Made by a program: the position numbers and the translations under genes. Positions 49,291-58,200 of a stretch of 62,753 nt of DNA are shown here, one piece after another. Under the pieces are notes generated by a model. It made no database searches. It had not been told where the DNA came from and saw only the letters and a list, made by a program, of their open reading frames with translations. The stretch is from Clostridiaceae bacterium (GTDB lineage: Bacteria; Bacillota; Clostridia; Saccharofermentanales; DTU023), in the NCBI GenBank assembly GCA_012838355.1, contig DUPJ01000013.1, forward strand, positions 1 to 62,753, given 5' to 3'. The first letter of the stretch is position 1. Each line of letters starts with the position of its first letter.

Positions 49291-51857
49291 TACGACTTCG
49301 CCTCGCCCCACGACGTGCCGGTGCTGACGTCGGCTTCCAGTTCGACTGAAAGCTGCATGGCACCTTCCATCGACTCCCTGAGGGCCTTGGCCGCCTCCGG
49401 CGCATCTTTTGCCGATGCCTCCACAATCAGTTCATCATGAACCTGCAAAAGCAGTCTCGCATCGAGTCCGAGCGCATGAAGACGGTTCTCCACCCGCACC
49501 ATCGCCAGCTTGATCAGATCGGCTGCCGTGCCCTGCACCGGCGCATTCATGGCAGCGCGTTCGCCGAACTGGCGAATGTTGCGATTCGACGATTTCAGCT
49601 CGTGCATATAGCGTCGGCGCCCTGTCAGGGTTGTGACGTACCCGCGTTCGTAAGCCAGCTTAATCTGCCGGTCGAGATACGCGCGGACATCCTTATAAAG
49701 CCGATTGTACGCATCGATATAGGCGCGGGCTTCCGCCACTGACGACTGCAGGCTTTGTGCCAGTCCGAAATCTCCAACGCCGTAAACGATCGAGAAGTTG
49801 ACCGTTTTCGCGATCGCCCGCTCTGCCGTTGTCACCTTGTCGGGCGGGATGAGAAACAGCTCCGACGCGGTTACGGCGTGCACATCTTCATGTGCACTGA
49901 AGGCAGCCTTCAGCTTCGCATCATCTGCGAGGTGAGCCAGAATTCTGAGTTCGATCTGAGAATAGTCCGCATCGAGCAGGACGTATCCGTCGTCGGCGAC
50001 AAACACGTCCCGGATGGCACGCCCGCGCTCGCTGCGAATGGGGACATTCTGCAGATTCGGGTGTACCGACGACAACCGGCCGGTTGCCGTCTCCACCTGG
50101 GTATATGTCGTATGTACGCGGCCATCCGGTCCGATTTCACGCAGCAGTCCCTGCAAAAACGTCTGGTTTAGCTTGGACAGTAACCGGTGTTCCTTAATCT
50201 GCCCAATAATCGGGTAATCCGGCTCAAGCCGGTCGAGCTCAGCCTGCGCCGTGGAATATTGGCCGCTCCGATTTTTCTTGCCGGGCGGAAGTTTCAGCTC
50301 CTGAAAGAGCACTTCAGACAATTGTTTTGGCGAGTTCAAATTGAAAGCATGTCCGGCCAGATCGAAAATATTTTTTTCCAGGCGCGCAATATCGTCTTCC
50401 ATAGCGGCGGCAAGGCTTCTCAGCCGGACGTCATCGACCCGGATACCGCGGTGTTCCATACGCTTCAGCACAGGGGCCAGCGGCATTTCGATCTGCCAGA
50501 ATACCGATTCAAGATCATCTTGCTTCAGTCGCAGAGACAATGGCGCATGAAGCGCAGACAAGGCAGCGATGTCGACGACTGCCTGCACCTCGGGTTCTTC
50601 AGATTCGGGCAGCGGTGAATCAAAGTAGCGGCCATATGTATGGGCCAGAACGGGCGCTTGTGATGACGACGGCTCGATCAGGGCCTGCGCGATGAAGGCG
50701 TCAAACGGCAGCACCGCCAGTTCAAGCGGGTCGAGCGCATGAAGCAGCTGCTTGTAATCCCAGACGATCCAGGCAAACGAGGAGTCTTCGGTCAGGGGCG
50801 CGAATGCGTCCCTGTTAATCCAAACATACCCGGCATGCCCTGCGAGGAGGATCTTATCATTCTGAGCCATGACGGCAACGGGCTGCGACCGGTCAATCTC
50901 AGCGAGGAAAGCAGACAGATTGTCAAAAGCCGTTCCGGTGTTCAGCGTCAGATTATCACTGCCGGCCGTTTTCGGTCCGGTCAGACCGAACCGCTGCAGG
51001 AGCTGCCGCAGCCCGAGCGACAGGAGCGTCGTCTGGAGTGCATCCCCGGGTTCAGGCATGACTGCATCCTCCAGCCGTACCGGCAGCAATTCAGGATCAA
51101 TCCGGCATTCAATCGCCGCCAGATGTCTGGAAGCCATGGCATCTTCCTCTCCGGCACGAAGCTTCTCGCGCTGAGCTTTGGCCACGGCGTCAAGATCGCG
51201 ATAGAGATTGCCGATGGTGCCGTGTGCGGCAATCAGACGAAGCGCTGATTTCTCCCCGATCCCGCGAACACCGGGTATGTTGTCCGACGGATCGCCCATC
51301 AGCGCTTTGACATCGACGAATTGTTCCGGCGCAATGCCGTAGCGTTCGCTGAAACGGGCCTGATCATAAAACTCCTGAGTCGACTGACCGCCGGACGTGA
51401 CCGGCAGTATGACGTGAGTCCGATCGCTGATCAGCTGGAAACAGTCTTTGTCCCCGGTCACGATGAAAACGCGCATGCCGGCATCTTCAGCCAGTCTGGC
51501 ATAGGTACCGATCAGATCGTCCGCTTCATAGCCGGCCAGTTCCGCTCTGGCGGTTCCCCAATCGTCCAGAATCCGCTTGATCCAGTGCATCTGGATCACG
51601 AGATCATCCGGCATCGGCGCCCGCTTTCCCTTGTAATCTGCATATTTCAGGTGTCGAAACGTCGGTTCCGGGCGGTCAAAAGCAACGATAAGATGCGTCG
51701 GTTCATACTGACGCATGTATTGCAGGACCATATTCAAAAACGTCATGATGGCGGCCGTCGGAACCCCCTCGGGCGAAGTCAGGCGGACGCGGCCGCTCAA
51801 GCCGAAATGGGCACGGTTCATCAGGCTGTTGCCGTCGATCAGCATCAATGTATTCAT
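49290..51857 (-). CDS. polA: DNA polymerase I
   Basis: Trimmed to MNTLMLIDGNSLMNRA with a GGGAG RBS. It has a 5'-nuclease domain and polymerase motifs A (LLDADYSQIELR), B (RAAMNAPVQGTAADL) and C (LQVHDEL). Confidence 0.93.
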   Translation of the reverse strand: MNTLMLIDGNSLMNRAHFGLSGRVRLTSPEGVPTAAIMTFLNMVLQYMRQYEPTHLIVAFDRPEPTFRHLKYADYKGKRAPMPDDLVIQMHWIKRILDDWGTARAELAGYEADDLIGTYARLAEDAGMRVFIVTGDKDCFQLISDRTHVILPVTSGGQSTQEFYDQARFSERYGIAPEQFVDVKALMGDPSDNIPGVRGIGEKSALRLIAAHGTIGNLYRDLDAVAKAQREKLRAGEEDAMASRHLAAIECRIDPELLPVRLEDAVMPEPGDALQTTLLSLGLRQLLQRFGLTGPKTAGSDNLTLNTGTAFDNLSAFLAEIDRSQPVAVMAQNDKILLAGHAGYVWINRDAFAPLTEDSSFAWIVWDYKQLLHALDPLELAVLPFDAFIAQALIEPSSSQAPVLAHTYGRYFDSPLPESEEPEVQAVVDIAALSALHAPLSLRLKQDDLESVFWQIEMPLAPVLKRMEHRGIRVDDVRLRSLAAAMEDDIARLEKNIFDLAGHAFNLNSPKQLSEVLFQELKLPPGKKNRSGQYSTAQAELDRLEPDYPIIGQIKEHRLLSKLNQTFLQGLLREIGPDGRVHTTYTQVETATGRLSSVHPNLQNVPIRSERGRAIRDVFVADDGYVLLDADYSQIELRILAHLADDAKLKAAFSAHEDVHAVTASELFLIPPDKVTTAERAIAKTVNFSIVYGVGDFGLAQSLQSSVAEARAYIDAYNRLYKDVRAYLDRQIKLAYERGYVTTLTGRRRYMHELKSSNRNIRQFGERAAMNAPVQGTAADLIKLAMVRVENRLHALGLDARLLLQVHDELIVEASAKDAPEAAKALRESMEGAMQLSVELEADVSTGTSWGEAKS

Positions 51858-51998
51858 ATTACTCCCGTCATGCCGCAGTCGATTCTCGCTGATCCGCGGC
51901 ATCTTTGTACCATTCTAGCCCATCGCATTCATCGCGTGTCGAACTGCCCGAAGCAAAGCAAACCTGCCCGTGTCGGTGTTCGCTTATCGTTCACTCAA

Positions 51999-52640
51999 TC
52001 ACTCGGAGCGGATTGTCACAGCCATCTGATCGGCGAATGCGGCGTCCAGAAAGTCGCGCACAGCACTGCGGTCGTCTTCTCTGATTGTCGCGAGAAACGC
52101 CTCCGCGGCCTCCGGATTTTCCCCGTCCAGCCTGGTGGCATCAGGCGATTTGGCGGCCGCTTCAGCTTCAAGTTCCTGCCCCCCGGCCGGCGCAGCCTCC
52201 TGAATCGAGTCCGCCGCCGGAGCGGCAAATGCGATCAGGACTTCTTCTCTTGCCAGATAAATCCGCGTGCCGTCTTTTCGCTCGGCTGCAATGCCTTCAT
52301 CCGCTGCAGCCATGCGCGCCTCCGGAACGGGACTGCTGTCGTTTTCTGCGATCATACGGACATGCTCGGATGGCGGTGTGCCCATATTCCGGTCGGCAAG
52401 AAGTCCGGGAATCACGAGCAACGCCACCAGTGCGGCGGCGGCCACTGATGATGCGATCAGGGGAAACTTTATCCGGTGGACGCGGCCGGCCTGCCGTTCG
52501 GCCTCGACGGCCGCCTTGATGCGCAGAGAAAGACCAGGATCTGGCTCTGCTTCCGGCTCATTCTGAAGCGCTTTGACGGACGACAGCCACAGGGCTTCGC
52601 CATCACTTGCAGGCATCCGGTTCATTTTTTCGTCAGTCAT
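51999..52640 (-). CDS. putative anti-sigma factor (single TM helix, no zinc-finger motif seen)
   Basis: I chose the start at MTDEKMNRMP because of an AAAGGAG RBS; ATG 52709 is an alternative. It has a central TM helix (IASSVAAAALVALLVIPGLL) and sits immediately downstream of an ECF sigma gene. Confidence 0.4.
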   Translation of the reverse strand: MTDEKMNRMPASDGEALWLSSVKALQNEPEAEPDPGLSLRIKAAVEAERQAGRVHRIKFPLIASSVAAAALVALLVIPGLLADRNMGTPPSEHVRMIAENDSSPVPEARMAAADEGIAAERKDGTRIYLAREEVLIAFAAPAADSIQEAAPAGGQELEAEAAAKSPDATRLDGENPEAAEAFLATIREDDRSAVRDFLDAAFADQMAVTIRSE

Positions 52641-52695
52641 AAGCGCTCCTTTCCCGCCTCGCGGCGTCTTCTTATCTGTTTGACGCGTCTTATTG

Positions 52696-53286
52696 TCATT
52701 TGGTTCCAAACTGTTTTTTCAAGATGGCACCCGCCATGCTTCTCGCCCGTGACAGGCGTGATTTTATCGTACCTACCGCCACACCGGCGGCGATCGCCGT
52801 CTCCTCATAACTCATCTGCAGCAGATCAATTTGAATCAGGGTCGTCCGGTACGGCTCCCGCAGTGACAGTGCAGCCTCACGCACGGCATTCACTGTCTCA
52901 TTCGTTATCACCGCATCAAGCGGTGTTGCGCGCTCGTCCGGCAGGATACGCTCCAGCGACCCCTCGTCCGTATCCACGCTGAGGGATACGTGCCTTCTGT
53001 TCTTCTGGCGGCGAAAAAAATCGTAGCAGCAGTTCAGGGTGATGCGTGTCGCCCATGTCTGCACGGAGGCATTCCCTCTGAACTGACGGATACTGCGAAA
53101 AATTTTGAGCGAGGCGTCCTGGACAATGTCCTCTGCGTCGCTTTCATTGCCGAGCACACGCATCGCCTGCCGGAACATGACCGGGAGCAACGCGTCCAGA
53201 AGCAGGTCAAAGGCAGCGGAATCACCGGCTTTCGCCGCGTTCAGCCATTGCTCGTGCAAAACATTCTGATCTGTTCCTCGCTCCAT
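52696..53286 (-). CDS. ECF-type RNA polymerase sigma factor
   Basis: 196-aa ORF with region 2 (AEDIVQDASLKIFRSIRQFRG..SVQTWATRITLNCCYDFFR) and region 4 (MSYEETAIAAGVAVGTIKSRLSRAR). Confidence 0.88.
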   Translation of the reverse strand: MERGTDQNVLHEQWLNAAKAGDSAAFDLLLDALLPVMFRQAMRVLGNESDAEDIVQDASLKIFRSIRQFRGNASVQTWATRITLNCCYDFFRRQKNRRHVSLSVDTDEGSLERILPDERATPLDAVITNETVNAVREAALSLREPYRTTLIQIDLLQMSYEETAIAAGVAVGTIKSRLSRARSMAGAILKKQFGTK

Positions 53287-53419
53287 CGCTGTCCTGATCT
53301 GCTTTCCCTGCTACAATGCAAACGGTGCACTCAAACGACAAGCATCGAAATCGATGCAAGATATCGTCTTGTTGCTCTATAATAGACCAGAATTCGGTGA
53401 ACTTCAGTAGGAGCGCGGC

Positions 53420-54847
53420 ATGGTTTTTTCAAGTCTCATATTCCTCTACGCATTTTTGCCTTTGTGTTTGATCTTCACGCATCTCGCATCGAAGACGAGA
53501 ACCCAAAATTACGTGCTGCTCGCATTCTCGCTCTTTTTTTATGCCTGGGGTGAACCGTTCTGGGTCATCCTTATGATCATGACGGGCGTCTTCATCTGGC
53601 TGACAGGACTTGCCATTGACAAGCATCGCGCTCATAAGACGAAGAAAAAGCTGTATCTCACGCTCGCCATTATCATCGCGCTGTCCAGCCTTGCTGTTTT
53701 CAAATATGCGGGGTTCTTCTTCCAGAACATCAATGCCGTATTCGGCACGAATCTGTCGATTCCTTCGTTTTCCCTGCCGATCGGCATATCCTTCTATACC
53801 TTCCAGACACTCACCTATGTGATTGACCTGTACCGCGGGCACGTAAAAGTGCAAAAATCGGTGCTGAATCTGCTGTTGTATGAGTCCTTGTTCCCGCAGC
53901 TGATCGCCGGCCCGATTGTCCGCTACGCCGATATCGACGATCAAATCAACCGCCGCACCATTTCGCTGGATGGCATTCGCACCGGCATCGGGCGTTTTCT
54001 CGCGGGACTGGCCAAAAAGGTACTGATCGCCAACATGGCCGGTGAAATTGTCGACCTTACACTGAACAGCGGTCATCTCGCCCAGCTGGACGGACTGGAG
54101 GCCATCATCGGCATCCTCGCCTATACGTTTCAGATTTACTTCGATTTCTCCGGCTATTCCGATATGGCGATCGGCCTCGGCCACATGTTCGGGTTTAACT
54201 TCAAGGAAAACTTCCGCCACCCGTATATTGCCAGATCCGTCACTGATTTCTGGCGCCGCTGGCACATTTCGCTGTCAACGTTTTTCCGTGATTACGTTTA
54301 CATCCCGCTGGGCGGCAACCGCCGCGGCCTGCCCGTTCAGATCCGCAACATGCTGATCGTGTGGGGACTGACTGGACTTTGGCACGGCGCCAGCTGGAAT
54401 TTCATCCTCTGGGGGCTATATTACTTTTTGCTTCTGACGGTAGAAAAAATCGGCTGGCTGTCCGCTCTGGAACGGCTGCCGAAAATCGTCGGACACCTCT
54501 ATCTGGCACTTGTGGTCATCTTCGGCTGGGCGCTGTTCTATTTTGTGGACATGAGCGAGCTCGGCATTTTCCTCGGTCGTCTGTTTGTTCCGCGCTCCGG
54601 CTATTTCGGCGTACGCGGCGTCATCATGCTGAAGAACCATGGTTTGTTCCTGATCCTCGCAGCGGTGGCGTCACTGCCGGTACTGCCGCGCATCCGTGCG
54701 TGGCTCAGATCACTCGCGAACCGCTTCAGCGCTTCGGATACCCTCATCGGCGGACTGCAGGCTGCATTTAACATCATACTGCTGCTGCTTTCAACCGCAT
54801 CCCTGGCAGCATCGAGTTTCAATCCGTTCCTATACTTCCGTTTTTGA
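53420..54847 (+). CDS. MBOAT-family membrane O-acyltransferase (AlgI/DltB-like)
   Basis: 475-aa polytopic ORF with MVFSSLIFLYAFLP, a conserved DFWRRWHISLSTFFRDYVYIPLGGNR block and the catalytic His region (WHGASWNF). Confidence 0.9.
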   Translation: MVFSSLIFLYAFLPLCLIFTHLASKTRTQNYVLLAFSLFFYAWGEPFWVILMIMTGVFIWLTGLAIDKHRAHKTKKKLYLTLAIIIALSSLAVFKYAGFFFQNINAVFGTNLSIPSFSLPIGISFYTFQTLTYVIDLYRGHVKVQKSVLNLLLYESLFPQLIAGPIVRYADIDDQINRRTISLDGIRTGIGRFLAGLAKKVLIANMAGEIVDLTLNSGHLAQLDGLEAIIGILAYTFQIYFDFSGYSDMAIGLGHMFGFNFKENFRHPYIARSVTDFWRRWHISLSTFFRDYVYIPLGGNRRGLPVQIRNMLIVWGLTGLWHGASWNFILWGLYYFLLLTVEKIGWLSALERLPKIVGHLYLALVVIFGWALFYFVDMSELGIFLGRLFVPRSGYFGVRGVIMLKNHGLFLILAAVASLPVLPRIRAWLRSLANRFSASDTLIGGLQAAFNIILLLLSTASLAASSFNPFLYFRF

Positions 54848-54873
54848 GTCCGTTTTCAGCGAAAAGGAGCATT

Positions 54874-55281
54874 ATGAGAAAAAACACAAAAAAGAAAACC
54901 GGCAGCATCATCGTGATTGCCTCTTTTATCTTCATATTATCGGTTACCGGCCTTTTGAAGCTGGTCTGGCCGGAACAGCGCATCTCGGAAGCCGAAGCGC
55001 GCACACTCGCGACAATGCCGTCCATCTCCGGCGAATCGCTGCGAGACGGATCCTTCCCGCTGGCCGTCGAAGCGTATTTCACGGATCAGTTTCCGCTCCG
55101 CAATACACTGATCCGCTTCTCCGATTCGATGCGCAACATGCTGCGCATCACAATCGGCGATGATGTGCAGATCATTCAGGGCAATCAGGATATGGGACAA
55201 GGTGATTCCAACGTGATTCTGGACGAACTCCCCGGTGACGAGCCGATGGGTGTCGGTTACACGAGCCCTTACGTCAACTAG
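54874..55281 (+). CDS. DHHW/AlgJ-like protein, N-terminal fragment only (probably truncated)
   Basis: Start MRKNTKKK with an AAAGGAG RBS. It has a signal-anchor helix followed by E-x-R-x-L..P...G.F....E.Y..DQFP.R, the N-terminal signature of DHHW partners of MBOAT proteins. The ORF ends after about 135 aa, before any DHHW motif. Confidence 0.5.
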   Translation: MRKNTKKKTGSIIVIASFIFILSVTGLLKLVWPEQRISEAEARTLATMPSISGESLRDGSFPLAVEAYFTDQFPLRNTLIRFSDSMRNMLRITIGDDVQIIQGNQDMGQGDSNVILDELPGDEPMGVGYTSPYVN

Positions 55282-58200
55282 CCGGACAGATGGTCTTTCG
55301 CGCGTGACAGCATCAGCTTGATGCGATTTTGCTGATTGACCTCACTCGTGCCGGGATCATAGTCAACAGGTACGATATTGGCATCCGGATGCAGCTTCCG
55401 AATCGCGCGAATCATGCCTTTGCCCGTAACATGATTGGGCAGGCAGGCAAACGGCTGGGCGCAGATGATATTCGGCACACCGTCCGCAATCAGCTCGAGC
55501 ATCTCGCCTGTCAGAAACCATCCCTCACCGGCACAGTTGCCGAGCGAAAGCACCTGTTTTGCATGCTCTGCAACAGCCGCGATGGACTTACCCGGATGAA
55601 ACCTGCGGGAGGCGGCCAAGGCTCTGTTGGCCGCTTTGCGGTATCGCTCCATCAGATTCACAGCCAGCGTCGCCGCCCGCTCACTCAGGAATGAGGTATT
55701 CAGCGCCTGGCGCGACCACTTCTGATTGTAAAAGCAGTAGAGGAAGAAATCGAGGAGATTCGGCATGGCCGCCTCAAACCCTTCGGCCTCAATAAAGTCA
55801 ATGGCATGGTTGTTGGCATCCGGCTGAAACTTGACCAGAATCTCACCGACCAGACCGACACGCTGCCGGTTCGGCTCCGTGACAAGTTCCATCGTATCGA
55901 ACGCCCGCACACATTCGCGGATCAGACCTGCGAGCGGGCGTGCCGGCCGGGACGAGCCGAAATAACGGGAAAACCGTGAGCTCCACTCTTCATACAGCTG
56001 ATTTGCCTGACCGGGGAATGCTTCGTACGGCCGCACTCTGAGCAGCACATTCTGCAGTACGTCACCTGCAATGATGGCCTGTATGCCGCGATGCAGCATG
56101 AACGGCGCATAATGAAAACCGCTGTTGCTTTCGATCCCGCTGGCCGACAGCGCAATCACCGGAATCTCTTCCAACCCGGCATCTTTCAGGGCTTTCCGCA
56201 GCAGCGCCACATAATTGGTCGCGCGGCAGCCGCCGCCCGTTTGGGTAATCATGACCGATGTGTTCTGCCGGTCATAATCGCCCGACAAAAGCGCACGCAT
56301 AAGCTGGCCGACAACCATGACGGTCGGATAGCAGGCGTCGTTGTTGACAAAGCGCAGTCCCGTTTCAACGTCGGCAGGCAGAGCCTTTTCCAGTATCTTC
56401 AGCCGGTATCCGGCCTGCCGGAATACCTGCTCGACGAGACGGAAATGGATCGGTGACATCTGCGGCGCCAGAATCGTGTGATTCGCTCTCATTTCTCCTG
56501 TGAATTCAACGCGTCTGGCAGCATATCTGGCGCCTGATGCCGGCCGCTGCTGCCGCCGGCGTTCCTCCATCGCAACCAGCAGTGAACGAAGCCGGATACG
56601 TGCCGCGCCCAGATTTGATACTTCATCGATCTTCAGGCAGGTGTAGATTTTGCCGTGAGCCCGCAGGATTTCTTCAACCTGATCCGTCGTAATCGCGTCC
56701 AGGCCGCAGCCGAATGAATTCAGCTGGACCAGTTCCAGATCGTCTCGCTCGGCGACACGGGAGGCAGCGGCGTACAGCCTGGAATGGTATGCCCACTGGT
56801 CGACCACGCGGAGCGGCCGCTCGCTCAGACGCCCGCGCAGAATGCTCTCTTCCGTGAAAACGGTCAGTCCCAGCTGATTGATCAGTTCCGGAATGCCGTG
56901 ATGAATCCCGGGATCGGCATGGTACGGCCGTCCGGCCAGAACGATGCCGAAACCGCCGTCTTTTTCCATCCTGTCGAGCGCATCTTCCCCTTTCGCAAAG
57001 AGATCCTCGTGATAGCGCTTGTCTTCTTCACAGGCAGCTCGCACGGCCCGCCGAACTTGTTCCCGACTGACGCCGAAGTCAGCAAAATACGGAAAAAGTC
57101 GCCTGGCCAGATGCTTGTGGTCATGCAGACCGACAAATGGATTGATGAAGCGGATGCCCTCCCCCTTAAGCCGTTCAAGATTGGTCCGGATCACCTCGGG
57201 GTATGACGCGACGATGGGACAATTGTACGTTTTGTCTGCGCCGGGCACCAGTTCATCTTCGAGCACGACATCAGGATAAAAAATCGTCTTCACACCGCGC
57301 GAAATGAGATCCTCAATATGTCCGTGTGCCAGTTTCGCCGGATAGCAGATGCTCTCAGAGGGGATTGAATCCATGCCGCTTTCGAACAGTGCCGCCGATG
57401 TGCTGCCGGACAACACAACGCGAAAGCCCAGCTGATCCAGAAACGTAAACCAGAACGGATAGTTTTCAAACATGTTGAGTGCCCGCGGAATACCGATTTC
57501 ACCGCATGGTGCCGCGTCCATGCTGCGCGGCTCGTAACCGAATGTGCGTTCGTATTTATGCCGGACCAGATTGGGCAGTTCCGATATCTTCTTTTCGGCA
57601 CCGGCACCGCGTTCACATCGGTTCCCCGACACATTGATGCGGTCACCGAAGCGCGATATCGTCAGCTTGCAGCGGTTTTCACACCGTCTGCACATCGTCA
57701 GCGTCGTCTTCTGCCTCAGTGCTGTGAGCGCTTCGCGCCTCAGCACGGTCTGCCGGGAACCGGCCGGTGCAGCTTCTTTCGCCATCAGCGCAGCTCCGTA
57801 GGCACCCATCAGACCGGCCAGGGACGGTCGCACAACCGGCCGGCCGAGCACCTTTTCAAATGCGCGCAGAATGGCATCATTCAAAAATGTGCCGCCCTGA
57901 CAGACAATGTGCCGGCCAAGCTGTTCCGGGTCCTTGATCTTGATCACTTTGTACAAGGCATTGCGGACCACCGAATAGGCAAGTCCCGCTGAAATATCGG
58001 CGACTTTGCTGCCCTGCTTCTGGGCCTGTTTGACGCGCGAATTCATGAATACCGTGCAGCGCGTGCCGAGATCGACCGGCATCTTTGCCTGCACGGCCAG
58101 ATCGGCGAATGCTTCAACTGAAACGTTCAGCGCAGCGGCAAAGGTCTGAATAAACGAGCCGCAGCCGGACGAACACGCCTCATTTACGGCGATGCTGTCA

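Noticed and set aside
53342-53357. Palindrome GCATCGA-AA-TCGATGC in the divergent region between the ECF sigma and MBOAT genes
   Set aside because: It is short and occurs once, and I could not link it to a recognisable regulator motif or promoter element. It might be an operator, but the evidence is too weak to call.
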